This document shows, in pieces, positions 32,529 to 41,290 of a stretch of 64,000 nucleotides of DNA (positions are counted from its first letter, which is position 1; each line of letters begins with the position of its first letter). Source of the DNA: Candidatus Hadarchaeota archaeon (lineage in GTDB: Archaea > Hadarchaeota > Hadarchaeia > Hadarchaeales > JAWBSP01); the NCBI GenBank assembly GCA_964474885.1, contig CAYYWO010000003.1, positions 86,226-150,225 on the forward strand. Reading direction: 5' to 3'. A program made the translations under genes and the position numbers. The notes under the pieces are model-generated. The model was not told where the DNA came from and made no database searches. It saw only the letters and a program-made list of their open reading frames with translations.

Positions 32529-33077
32529 ATGCCGCTTCGACCAGGAAAGTGCTACAGGCACTTCAGCGGTCCCCCCTACACGAGAAAAGAGTTCATCAAG
32601 GACTTTCCACCCATGAGAATCCAGCTATTTGACATGGGAAATCCCTCAGGGGATTTTCCGCTGGAACTCACTTTAAGGGTTCTGGGCACTGGTCAAATCA
32701 GACACAACGCTCTAGAGGCGGGGAGGATGGCAGCCAACAGATACTTGGAAAAAATCGTTGGGAAGAGTAACTATCACTTCAAGATTAGAGTGTACCCACA
32801 TCACATTCTGAGAGAACATTTGCTGGCTGTAGGAGCAGGAGCGGATCGGGTTTCCCAAGGTATGAGACAGGCCTTTGGGAGGGCATGTGGAACCGCAGCT
32901 AGGGTTGAGAGTGGTCAGCCCATCGCTACGATTCGAACAAAGGAAGAATTCGCGGAGGCGGCAAAGGAGGCACTAAGAAGAATGGCCCATAAGCTACCTT
33001 TCAAGTGCAGAGTTGAAGTTAAAACTAAAGCAAGTGGGCCAGAATCTGGTAAAGAACCCTCGCAGCAGCAAAACTAG
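32529..33077 (+). CDS. rpl10e: 50S ribosomal protein L10e/uL16
   Basis: MPLRPGKCYR, QIRHNALEA, GAGADRVSQGMRQAFG. Confidence 0.95.
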   Translation: MPLRPGKCYRHFSGPPYTRKEFIKDFPPMRIQLFDMGNPSGDFPLELTLRVLGTGQIRHNALEAGRMAANRYLEKIVGKSNYHFKIRVYPHHILREHLLAVGAGADRVSQGMRQAFGRACGTAARVESGQPIATIRTKEEFAEAAKEALRRMAHKLPFKCRVEVKTKASGPESGKEPSQQQN

Positions 33078-33870
33078 CACAGCCGTTGTCGAAAGGGGGA
33101 CAAACCTCTACTAGGTCCACTCCACACAGACTCAGGGGACCTAAATGTCGAATGAGTTCCAAGAGCTGTGAAGTTGAAATCCCTCCGGGTTCGGGGCAAC
33201 TGACACCGGGCGCGTATGCTGGATCTAGCACATCCATGTCGATTGTCAGGTAAACCTTTTTCGCCTCGGCAACTCCTTTGATTTTTCCTGCAAGTTCTTT
33301 TGGATTCGAAAAATCGCTCAATATTTCTATCTGTTGGTGCTTGATAAATTCTGCCTCCTCCACAGAATACGAGCGCGTTCCAACGAAGATCACGTGATCC
33401 CCCCCCATCTCCTCCACCAGTTGTCTGGCGACAGTAGCGTGGCAAAGTCTTTGGCCAATCCACTCGGACCTGAGGTCGGCGTGAGCGTCAATGTAGATGA
33501 TGTTCTCAGGTTTTAGCGCCTTGCAGGCGAAGTACGTCAGCGTGTGCTCGCCCCCCAAAATTACAGGTGTCTTCCCTTCCCTTGAGACACGATTAACCGC
33601 ATCTTGGATTACCTTTCCAGCCTCTTCAAGCTCACTTGGGAGGAAGAGGTCACCCATGTCGTGTATTTTTAGCGACTCGAAAAGGTCCTTTCCGGCACTT
33701 GGGACATAGGTTTCTAAGTTAAAGGAGGCTTCTCGTATCTTTTGGGGAGCGAATCGACATCCGGTTCGGTAGGTGGAAGTGAGGTCAAGGGGAATACCTA
33801 GGATTACAATATCTGACGATTGATAGTCGGTCTCAAAACCCCCAAAGGGAGGCTTGATCGGGATCCACAT
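33025..33870 (-). CDS. speB: Agmatinase
   Basis: GGEHTLT, DAHADLR, DMDVLDP..APGVSCPEPGG. Confidence 0.9.
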   Translation of the reverse strand: MWIPIKPPFGGFETDYQSSDIVILGIPLDLTSTYRTGCRFAPQKIREASFNLETYVPSAGKDLFESLKIHDMGDLFLPSELEEAGKVIQDAVNRVSREGKTPVILGGEHTLTYFACKALKPENIIYIDAHADLRSEWIGQRLCHATVARQLVEEMGGDHVIFVGTRSYSVEEAEFIKHQQIEILSDFSNPKELAGKIKGVAEAKKVYLTIDMDVLDPAYAPGVSCPEPGGISTSQLLELIRHLGPLSLCGVDLVEVCPPFDNGCASFAAARVLYQILAHLL

Positions 33871-33879
33871 CTTCCCTCT

Positions 33880-34389
33880 CTAGGTCAGAACTTTTAGTCC
33901 AGTCACCGCACCCAAGGTTATCAATCCTGCGGCGTACACTCCGAGTGCGATGGCAGCAGCTGATTTTTTCCTGTCCAGATCCAGCAAATAAGCGATGAGC
34001 GTGCCAGTATAAGCCCCAGTGACGGGCAGAGGTACAGCAATAAAGGCTACTAAGGCAGGAAACGTCCAATTTCTTTTGCTAGCCTTTTGCGAGGCATAGT
34101 CCACCAGTTTTCCGATGAACTCTATCTTCCCTCGCAGAGGAGGGAAGAGCAGATCCATAAAACCATAAACGGCGGGAATCACGAGCAGATTAAGACTCGT
34201 GCACAGTAGGTATGCCCGAAAAGGGGAGTACCCTCCCAACTCGATCGAGAGGGGTATTGCATACCTTGATTCTATGAAAGGAGCTAGAGAAAGAAGCGGG
34301 AGCGCTATTTCTAAGCCCAACTTGTAGGCAAAGAGAAAAAAGCAACCAGCAATCAGTAGGGCAACCCCTACAAGGTCAGTCTTGTTCAT
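33880..34389 (-). CDS. Putative small multi-drug export membrane protein (COG2426-like)
   Basis: PFIESRYAIP, FIAVPLPVTGAYTG. Confidence 0.8.
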   Translation of the reverse strand: MNKTDLVGVALLIAGCFFLFAYKLGLEIALPLLSLAPFIESRYAIPLSIELGGYSPFRAYLLCTSLNLLVIPAVYGFMDLLFPPLRGKIEFIGKLVDYASQKASKRNWTFPALVAFIAVPLPVTGAYTGTLIAYLLDLDRKKSAAAIALGVYAAGLITLGAVTGLKVLT

Positions 34390-34548
34390 CACAATTTCTG
34401 ATGGTCTTCTAAACTGAGCTAAGCAACGAAATGCGGGTAGAGGAATGGGGATAACCGATTCTGGGCTTTTTCGAGAGGTGCCCAAGATTCCGGGAGATAC
34501 GATTGAATAGAAATGCCAAATGCCTAAAGGTGGCAGAGCGAAATTTTT

Positions 34549-34623
34549 GGGGCCGTGGGGTAGCCTGGACTAGCCTACCAGCTTGGGGTGCTGGTGACCT
34601 GGGTTCGAATCCCGGCGGCCCCA
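34549..34623 (+). tRNA. tRNA-Pro(GGG)
   Basis: GGGGCCG/CGGCCCC acceptor; CCAGC-TTGGGGT-GCTGG; TTCGAAT T loop. Confidence 0.95.
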
Positions 34624-34683
34624 CCTCAAAAAGTAAAGAAAAAAATATGGATGGTTTGTTTTGAGATCGGTAGGACCGGGGGG

Positions 34684-35529
34684 ATGTGGATTTGGTTCGT
34701 TGGCATGTTCATACTTTTCTTCCACATTTTTTTGACGCAGTCACGCAAGGAAATCAAGTCTATTGCCCTGGCAGTTCCGCCCTCCTTCCTTTTGGTTTTA
34801 CCTTTCTACAGGTTCAACCTTGAAGATTACTTGGCAGATGCACGTTTTTTCGTAGATCTCTGTTTGCAGAATCTGAATTGGGTAGCCCTTGGTGTTTTCC
34901 TTCTCTCCATAGAATTCGCCATCATGTGGATATCCTCCTCAAAGATGGAGAGGGAAGTGTACAGACATTTCGGTCATCTAACTGGCATATTGTTGGTTGC
35001 ATACTTCCTGGCAATAAACGAGGATCTGGCTTACATGGTACTGTGCTTTTACATAGCATGCTTCTGTCTAGGCACGTACTTTAGGTATGCCCCCTTCGCT
35101 TCCCCCGAGTTCAAAACTTTCCAGAGGTGGGTAAACCAATGGCTGGGTGCAGCTGAACGCACAAAAGCGGAGAAGAAACTCTTCATGGCTGCTTATTTTG
35201 CGATGTCTGGCATGCTAGCATGCCTCCTGTTGTTGGGTCGGGAGATAGCTCTAGCTAGCACTTTAGTGCTAGCTACTGGTGATCCTAGTGCCGCTCTCTT
35301 TGGAATGAAGTTCGGCAAACATAAGTGGAAACACAATCCTAGGAAAACGCTCGAGGGTTCGTTGGTCATGAGCCTGGTTGTTTTTGGGGTGCTCTCATTG
35401 TTCATTTCACCTCTCAAATCGCTAGTAATCGCAGTATCTATCGCCGTATTCGAGTCTCTTCCTCTTGAGATGAGTGACAATCTCCTAGTGCCTGTCTTAA
35501 CAGGTATGCTACTAAAGACCTTTGCGTAG
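34684..35529 (+). CDS. Polyprenol/phytol/dolichol kinase-like membrane protein (CTP_transf_1), paralog 1
   Basis: YRHFGH, GDPSAALFG..G..KTLEGS, SDNLLVP. Confidence 0.78.
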   Translation: MWIWFVGMFILFFHIFLTQSRKEIKSIALAVPPSFLLVLPFYRFNLEDYLADARFFVDLCLQNLNWVALGVFLLSIEFAIMWISSSKMEREVYRHFGHLTGILLVAYFLAINEDLAYMVLCFYIACFCLGTYFRYAPFASPEFKTFQRWVNQWLGAAERTKAEKKLFMAAYFAMSGMLACLLLLGREIALASTLVLATGDPSAALFGMKFGKHKWKHNPRKTLEGSLVMSLVVFGVLSLFISPLKSLVIAVSIAVFESLPLEMSDNLLVPVLTGMLLKTFA

Positions 35530-35536
35530 GCATAAA

Positions 35537-36400
35537 ATGCTACCGCTTACCGCCCGCATTGCAGGTCTTGTTCTTTCATATGGGACATTTTTCATAATTT
35601 ACTTTCACATTTTGAGATCGAGGTTGTCTAGTCTGCCTTGTCTATTTCTCGCCTTCCCCCTGGCATATCTTTCTATTCAACCCCTCAGTAGTGGAATTTT
35701 CCACACGGATTTCGTTGATGAACTCGTCCCCCTGTTCCTTAGTCATGAAATTTCTGCAATTCTGAGTTTTCCTTCCCTCCTAGCTATGCTTGCAGTTGCC
35801 AACTTCCTCTCGAAAAGGGTAGAGAGACAGGCATATCGCTCTTTAAGTCACATAGCGGGCGGTTTGTTCATTGTGTGCTTTCTATTGCTCTTTGGAGTTG
35901 AGGTTACAGTCCTTGTACTCGTGGGGTGGCTTGTAGCCTTTATCTTTGCTGAGTCCCTGCGGTGCCTCTCTAGGCGAGGACTAGGAGATGGACTTATAAT
36001 CTTCGTGGATCGTCTACTGAGCAAGGCTGCGAGGAACTCCCTTGAGCAGAAGTTCTTCACCCCCTCCTTATTTACGATTCTGGCATCTCTCCTCCTTGTT
36101 CTTTTCTTTCCCTTGTGCGTTTCGGCTCCTGCGATACTCACTCTTGCGTTGGCGGATCCAGCGGCAGCTCTAGTGGGTACGCATCTCGGCTTCCGCAAAT
36201 GGCAGCACAATCCAAAGAAGAGCATCGAAGGTTCTCTAGCCTTCTTCTTCACGGCTTTTGTCGTGTGTTCCTTTTTTGCAGGGATATGGAAAGCGATACT
36301 AATAGCGATAGCTATCGCGATATTTGAATCCCTTGACCTGCAAGTGAGTGACAACCTTGTTATCCCAGTTTTAACTGGTATGCTATTGTCCAGTATTTGA
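35537..36400 (+). CDS. Polyprenol/dolichol kinase-like membrane protein, paralog 2
   Basis: YRSLSH, ADPAAALVG..G..KSIEGS, SDNLVIP. Confidence 0.78.
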   Translation: MLPLTARIAGLVLSYGTFFIIYFHILRSRLSSLPCLFLAFPLAYLSIQPLSSGIFHTDFVDELVPLFLSHEISAILSFPSLLAMLAVANFLSKRVERQAYRSLSHIAGGLFIVCFLLLFGVEVTVLVLVGWLVAFIFAESLRCLSRRGLGDGLIIFVDRLLSKAARNSLEQKFFTPSLFTILASLLLVLFFPLCVSAPAILTLALADPAAALVGTHLGFRKWQHNPKKSIEGSLAFFFTAFVVCSFFAGIWKAILIAIAIAIFESLDLQVSDNLVIPVLTGMLLSSI

Positions 36401-37531
36401 CTCGCAGAGTTCCTTGTAAACTTCAAGCACTTGCTTGGCGGTGTTTTCCCAAGTGAATCGCCTTGCGGTTCTTATTCCATTCCTCCAGAGTTTTGTTGCT
36501 AGTGATCGATCGTTGATAACCTTCACCATTGCTTCAGCTAGAGATTTAGGATCACCGATGGGAACGAGTATGCCATTCTTTTCATCCTCTATGATTCGCT
36601 CGGCCCCGCTGGTCCTTGTGGCAATGACGGGTGCTCCGCTAGCCATGGCCTCTAGGATGGCTATACCAAATGCTTCTACGTATGAGGGAAGTACGAACGC
36701 GTCACAGGCCCTCATGTACTTAGCTAAGTTTTCCTGGGGGATTGCTCCAAGTAGCCTTACATTTTCCTGGATTCTCAGTAGGCGAATTTTTCTTAAGAGT
36801 AGAGGAAAATCCTTGCCGGTTCCAGCTACTAAGAGCATAGCTTGGGGCTCCCTCTCCACAACTCTGGCGAAAGCCTCGATCAGCAGTAATGGCCCTTTTC
36901 TTTTTGTAATGCGCATGGCAGCGAAGAAAAAGGGCCTGTCTCCAATGCCTATGCTTTCCCTTATTGAACTCCGTTCCTCTCTTCTACATGGTCGGAAAAA
37001 GTGGATGTCCACTCCATTGGGGATTATTCTGATTTTGTCTTTAGGTATCCCGAAGCTTTGACAAAAATCTCTCGTTTCGGGGCATACAGCTATTACACGA
37101 TCCGCTCGCTTCACGCATCTGATCACTGGATGGTGCAGGATCTTCCACCTTCCAACTGCCCCCTCAACGGAGTGACATGTGATGACGGACGGGATTCCTA
37201 GCTTCCTTGATACACGAAGTGATTGGAGAGCCATCGTCGAATAAATGTCCATTCCGTGAATCACGTCGAAATGGGTTCGCTTGAAATAGCGGTACATCTC
37301 GTAGATAAGCCGCAACGAAAACGCTCTCTTGATGAAAGGTGCGGTGAAGCCGTTGAAGTACTGCACCTTAACCTTGGGAGGAACCAGATGGGAATGGGGG
37401 GCGAGCCTGGCGTGTGTGGCTACAACCACCTTAATCCCCAAACCCGAGAGAGCTTGACTAAGGGAGAACGTGTAGGTCGGAACCCCACCTATGTCCGGTG
37501 GAAATTCGTCTCCGACTAAAGCTACTTTCAG
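36383..37531 (-). CDS. Glycosyltransferase family 4 (GT-B), probable CTG start
   Basis: IPNGVD, EAFGIAILEAMASG; in-frame upstream extension (L)KVALVGDEFPPDIGGV bounded by TAA. Confidence 0.88.
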   Translation of the reverse strand: MKVALVGDEFPPDIGGVPTYTFSLSQALSGLGIKVVVATHARLAPHSHLVPPKVKVQYFNGFTAPFIKRAFSLRLIYEMYRYFKRTHFDVIHGMDIYSTMALQSLRVSRKLGIPSVITCHSVEGAVGRWKILHHPVIRCVKRADRVIAVCPETRDFCQSFGIPKDKIRIIPNGVDIHFFRPCRREERSSIRESIGIGDRPFFFAAMRITKRKGPLLLIEAFARVVEREPQAMLLVAGTGKDFPLLLRKIRLLRIQENVRLLGAIPQENLAKYMRACDAFVLPSYVEAFGIAILEAMASGAPVIATRTSGAERIIEDEKNGILVPIGDPKSLAEAMVKVINDRSLATKLWRNGIRTARRFTWENTAKQVLEVYKELCESNTGQ

Positions 37532-37601
37532 TTAAGTCTCGGTGACTGAGGTAAAAAGAAGCGCTTTGGTCTGGGGGTTTTCTTCCAGCAGTTAATAGAG
37601 A

Positions 37602-38147
37602 ATGAGGGATTTCAGACTCCTCAGGCAAACTATCAGCATACTAGTTCTGTGCATTTTGATCGAGTTTTGTTCAGGGAGTGTGCTTGAGGGAATAAAAGAG
37701 AAGTTCTCCCTTATTCCTGGCTTGCTTCTGATGGTACCTCCTCTCATAGATCTGAGGGGAAATATTGGCTCCGCGCTTGGATCAAGATTAGGAACTGGCC
37801 TCCATCTTGGTCTCATAGCTCCCGAGCTGCGGTTAACGCGGACACTAAAACTGAACATCCTGCTTTCCTTAACCCTGAGTTGTGTGGCCTCTGCAACCAT
37901 AGGTATCTTCGCATACGTCTTAGGAGAGATAATGCACTTGGAGGGCGTTTCTGTATTTTCCCTGCTTTTCATCGCCGTTTTTTCGGGTGCCTTGTCGGGT
38001 GTTCTGATAACACTACTGACGATTCTTCTTGCCATAATTTCCTTCAAGAAGAACTGGGATCCTGATATCGTCACTGGACCGGTGATCACAACTCTGGGTG
38101 ATATAGTCACCGTTCTGATGATTTGGCTGGCGGTGATACTATGGTAG
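37602..38147 (+). CDS. MgtE-like divalent cation transporter, membrane domain
   Basis: GNIGSALGSRL, WDPDIVTGPVITTLGD. Confidence 0.85.
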   Translation: MRDFRLLRQTISILVLCILIEFCSGSVLEGIKEKFSLIPGLLLMVPPLIDLRGNIGSALGSRLGTGLHLGLIAPELRLTRTLKLNILLSLTLSCVASATIGIFAYVLGEIMHLEGVSVFSLLFIAVFSGALSGVLITLLTILLAIISFKKNWDPDIVTGPVITTLGDIVTVLMIWLAVILW

Positions 38148-38683
38148 TCCAAGCAAAATTTAGTAGGGTCATTTTGGAGTCCTATTTGGTCCTCATTATC
38201 TCCGCGATTCTTTCACTCTTGGCTGGTTTTCTCTTGCAAGAGAATCTTGATCGAATCCTGAGACTTTCTATGCTCGTTGCGCTGGTCCCCCCCATAAACA
38301 ACTTGGGTGGCAACTTGGGTTGCATGGTGGGAGCAAGAGTATCGACGGCTCTGCACTTAGGTTCCATTAGCGGTTTCAGATCCAAGCAAGCAAGGAAGGA
38401 GTTTTTTAGTGGTCTTGTTTCTGGACTTTCTTCATCAGTTCTTGTTGGTTCAGCTCTCTTCGCTCTAGGTTTTGCAGGCTTCCCCGCTAGGATCGTTTGG
38501 ATTTTCCTTCTCGCTAGTGTTATGCAGACCCTCTTGGCAGTATTCATCGCCCTCTGGCTCGCTTTGATGTCCTTCAGGAAGGGATTGGATCCCGATAACA
38601 TCGTATCGCCAATAATAACTTCAGTTTGCGATGTGGGAGGTGTGACCTCTCTCTTTGTTGCCGCGAGGCTTTTAGGTTTTTAG
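38141..38683 (+). CDS. MgtE-like transporter membrane domain, tandem paralog
   Basis: GGNLGCMVGARVST, GLDPDNIVSPIITSVCD. Confidence 0.85.
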   Translation: MVVQAKFSRVILESYLVLIISAILSLLAGFLLQENLDRILRLSMLVALVPPINNLGGNLGCMVGARVSTALHLGSISGFRSKQARKEFFSGLVSGLSSSVLVGSALFALGFAGFPARIVWIFLLASVMQTLLAVFIALWLALMSFRKGLDPDNIVSPIITSVCDVGGVTSLFVAARLLGF

Positions 38684-38702
38684 TTGATGTTTGGCTTCAA
38701 GG

Positions 38703-38788
<86 letters not shown>

Positions 38789-38801
38789 TATCAAAAATAT
38801 A

Positions 38802-39014
38802 TCACCAGAGTTTCTTTGGATATTTCCTAACGAGGTAATCTTTCCTGGCCATCAGCTCGTATTTTGCAGTCTTCTTCGCCTGCTTGTAGCATTTTCTGCA
38901 ATAGAATTTACCTAAAATCTTCTTGGCGCATTCTTTGTGCAGGGGGATGGAGCACGTAGCACACTTTACGCCTCTCCCTTGGATCTCCCGACCGCACTCC
39001 CCGCACTGGGTCAA
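38802..39014 (-). CDS. Small Cys-rich Zn-finger protein
   Basis: CxxC-x10-CxxC-x4-HxxC-x9-CxxC; ATGA overlap with the upstream gene. Confidence 0.7.
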   Translation of the reverse strand: MTQCGECGREIQGRGVKCATCSIPLHKECAKKILGKFYCRKCYKQAKKTAKYELMARKDYLVRKYPKKLW

Positions 39015-39547
39015 GGTCTCAACCTCTTACAGATCTCAACGAATGTATCCCCGCCAAGTTGGTAGACAAGCTCTCGCTCTCTCGTGTACATCTCGCCGTT
39101 AAAGTATGCGGGTTCTGCGTAAGCAGCTAAGATCCTCCCGACGAAGAGCGTGTGGTCTCCGAGCTCCAAATCTTCTTCCAATTTGCACTCCATGTAGGCA
39201 ACACAACCTTGGATTATCGGTGCCTTAACACGTTTGGCAGGTGAGGTCTTGAGCTCCAGCTTCTCAAGTTTGTTTACCTCTCTCCCGCTGCAGGATCCCG
39301 CCTCCATTATTTCTTGCAACATCTTGTTAGTGGGCACATTGATGACGAACTCACCGTATTTTTTGATCAGCTCATGGGAGAATCTCTTGGGGGCGATCGA
39401 GATCCCCACCAGGGGCGGCTCAAAGGAGAGGGGTATCGACCAAGCTATGGGTATCACATTTGGCCACTTTTCCCCCGGACAGGTCACCAGAACGACTTGT
39501 CTGGGGTAAAGCAGCCTGTAAATCCTCCTAGGATTTACTTCTCGCAT
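39011..39547 (-). CDS. Flavin reductase-like (flavoredoxin) protein
   Basis: LSFEPPLV, GEFVINVP, GSCSGR, GDHTLFVG. Confidence 0.88.
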   Translation of the reverse strand: MREVNPRRIYRLLYPRQVVLVTCPGEKWPNVIPIAWSIPLSFEPPLVGISIAPKRFSHELIKKYGEFVINVPTNKMLQEIMEAGSCSGREVNKLEKLELKTSPAKRVKAPIIQGCVAYMECKLEEDLELGDHTLFVGRILAAYAEPAYFNGEMYTRERELVYQLGGDTFVEICKRLRP

Positions 39548-39590
39548 CGGTTGTTCATGACACGGGAATAAAGCGGTGACATTGTTTTTG

Positions 39591-40685
39591 ATGAGGGTTC
39601 AAGTTCAGAGTTTAAACAACTTGGGGGAGGGGATTGCTGAGGTCGAAGGGAAGAAAATCAGGGTACTCGGAGGCCTCCCGGGAGAGGAGCTGGAGGTTTC
39701 TCTTTGGGGGCGTCGTAGAAGAGTAGCGATACCCGTTGAAATAGTGGTTTCGCATCCACGCAGGACAGAGCCCAAGTGCCCACTTTTTCCACGTTGTACA
39801 GGTTGCCAGCTACAACATGTAGACTATGAGTTTCAGTTGGATTTCAAGCGCAAGAAGGTGGAGAAAGAGTTGGGGATGAGGGTAAAGGATCCCCTACCCT
39901 GCGGGGAGTGGGAGTACAGGAATCATGCTCGGCTGACTTGCAAACGGAATGAGGTAGGATTCGTAAACAAGTATACAAATGAATTCATCCGTGTTGACAA
40001 ATGCTGGCTCATGGATCACAAAATAAACCAACTCTTGGGCCAGATTCAGGGTCGGTGTAAGAGTTCGATGGTCTCGATTCGTGTAGGGGTCAGGACAGGT
40101 GAGTATTTGATTCAACCGGAACTCCCACTTCCGGACGTTGCAACTGGGCAGCCATTCTATCACGAACTCCTCCTGGGCAGGAGATTCAGGGTGAGCTCAC
40201 CCTCATTCTTCCAACCGAACACTCAGGGAGCTGAAACCATGGTGAGGCTTGTGCGGGAGTGGATCGGGAGTGCGGATAAAGTCATGGATGCATACGCTGG
40301 TGTGGGCACCTTCTCAGCTCTGCTGGCAGATCTTTCCAGCGAGGTGATAGCTGTGGAGGAATCCCCTTCTGCGGAGAAAGATGCTTCTTTTAATCTCAGG
40401 GGTATTTCCAATGTCAGATTCATCCGCAAGAAGGTGGAGGAAGTCTTACCCACAGAAGGTTTGGATGTGCTGATCTTGGATCCACCGAGGCAAGGCTGTA
40501 GCCGTGCGGTTTTGGAGGCGATCAATCAGGCACCTCCAAAGCGCATAATCTACGTGTCCTGCAATCCGGTAACCATGGCGAGAGACATCAGGCACTTGGA
40601 GAAATTCTCGGTGGATAAGGTGCAGCCCTTGGACTTTTTTGCCCAAACCCAGCACATTGAGGTAATGGCGCTTCTGGTGAGATGA
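39591..40685 (+). CDS. RlmD/TrmA-family RNA (uracil-5)-methyltransferase with [4Fe-4S] motif
   Basis: TRAM-like N-terminus, CPLFPRCTGC, SFFQPN, DAYAGVG, DPPRQG, YVSCNP, QTQHIE. Confidence 0.88.
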   Translation: MRVQVQSLNNLGEGIAEVEGKKIRVLGGLPGEELEVSLWGRRRRVAIPVEIVVSHPRRTEPKCPLFPRCTGCQLQHVDYEFQLDFKRKKVEKELGMRVKDPLPCGEWEYRNHARLTCKRNEVGFVNKYTNEFIRVDKCWLMDHKINQLLGQIQGRCKSSMVSIRVGVRTGEYLIQPELPLPDVATGQPFYHELLLGRRFRVSSPSFFQPNTQGAETMVRLVREWIGSADKVMDAYAGVGTFSALLADLSSEVIAVEESPSAEKDASFNLRGISNVRFIRKKVEEVLPTEGLDVLILDPPRQGCSRAVLEAINQAPPKRIIYVSCNPVTMARDIRHLEKFSVDKVQPLDFFAQTQHIEVMALLVR

Positions 40686-41290
40686 TCCTACTGGCATCCA
40701 GCTCCCCCCGCAGGATAAGTCTCTTTCGTCATCTGGGTATCGATTTTAAAACGGCTGATCCACCAGAACCAGAGACACCAAGCCGAGCTGTCTCCCCCCG
40801 CTTGTTAGCCGAGAGACTAGCTGTTTTCAAGGTTATGAAATTCAAGCACATGGCTGAAGTCGTGCTAGCGGCAGACACCTTGGTTGTGAAGGAAAATAAA
40901 TTATATCCGAAGCCACGTAAACCGGAGGAGGCGATGAGAATGCTGCAAGAGCTGAGTGGGGGAGACCACCAAGTCGTCACGGGTGTGGCTGTGCTTAGGG
41001 GGGACAGGCTTCTGACGAGCAGTGAAATGTCAATAGTTCGCATGCGGGAACTCACGGAAGCTGAAATAAGGCAGTACGTGGAATCAGGGGCAGCGATGGA
41101 CAAGGCAGGGGCTTATGGTATCCAAGACGAATTCAGTCCGGTTTTAACCTACGAAGGATGCTATCAGAACATCGTTGGTTTGCCACTGTGCTTGGTCGTT
41201 AGCATGTTGCACGCTTTGGGCTTGAAGCCCGCTCCTTTTCCTCCAGATGTGTGTCGCACCTGCTGGAGAGTTAGGGAGCTCAGTGCATGA
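40682..41290 (+). CDS. maf: Maf nucleotide pyrophosphatase, YhdE type
   Basis: LASSSPRR, AADTLV, DKAGAYGIQ, NIVGLP. Confidence 0.9.
   Translation: MILLASSSPRRISLFRHLGIDFKTADPPEPETPSRAVSPRLLAERLAVFKVMKFKHMAEVVLAADTLVVKENKLYPKPRKPEEAMRMLQELSGGDHQVVTGVAVLRGDRLLTSSEMSIVRMRELTEAEIRQYVESGAAMDKAGAYGIQDEFSPVLTYEGCYQNIVGLPLCLVVSMLHALGLKPAPFPPDVCRTCWRVRELSA

Noticed and set aside
34455-34492. Hairpin TGGGC..GCCCA upstream of tRNA-Pro as a possible ncRNA
   Set aside because: A single short stem with no convincing C/D or H/ACA boxes
34409-34683. ORFs and an extended kinase N-terminus overlapping tRNA-Pro
   Set aside because: They are translations of the tRNA sequence; the same applies to ORFs over tRNA-Gly, -Val, -Tyr and -Pro(TGG)
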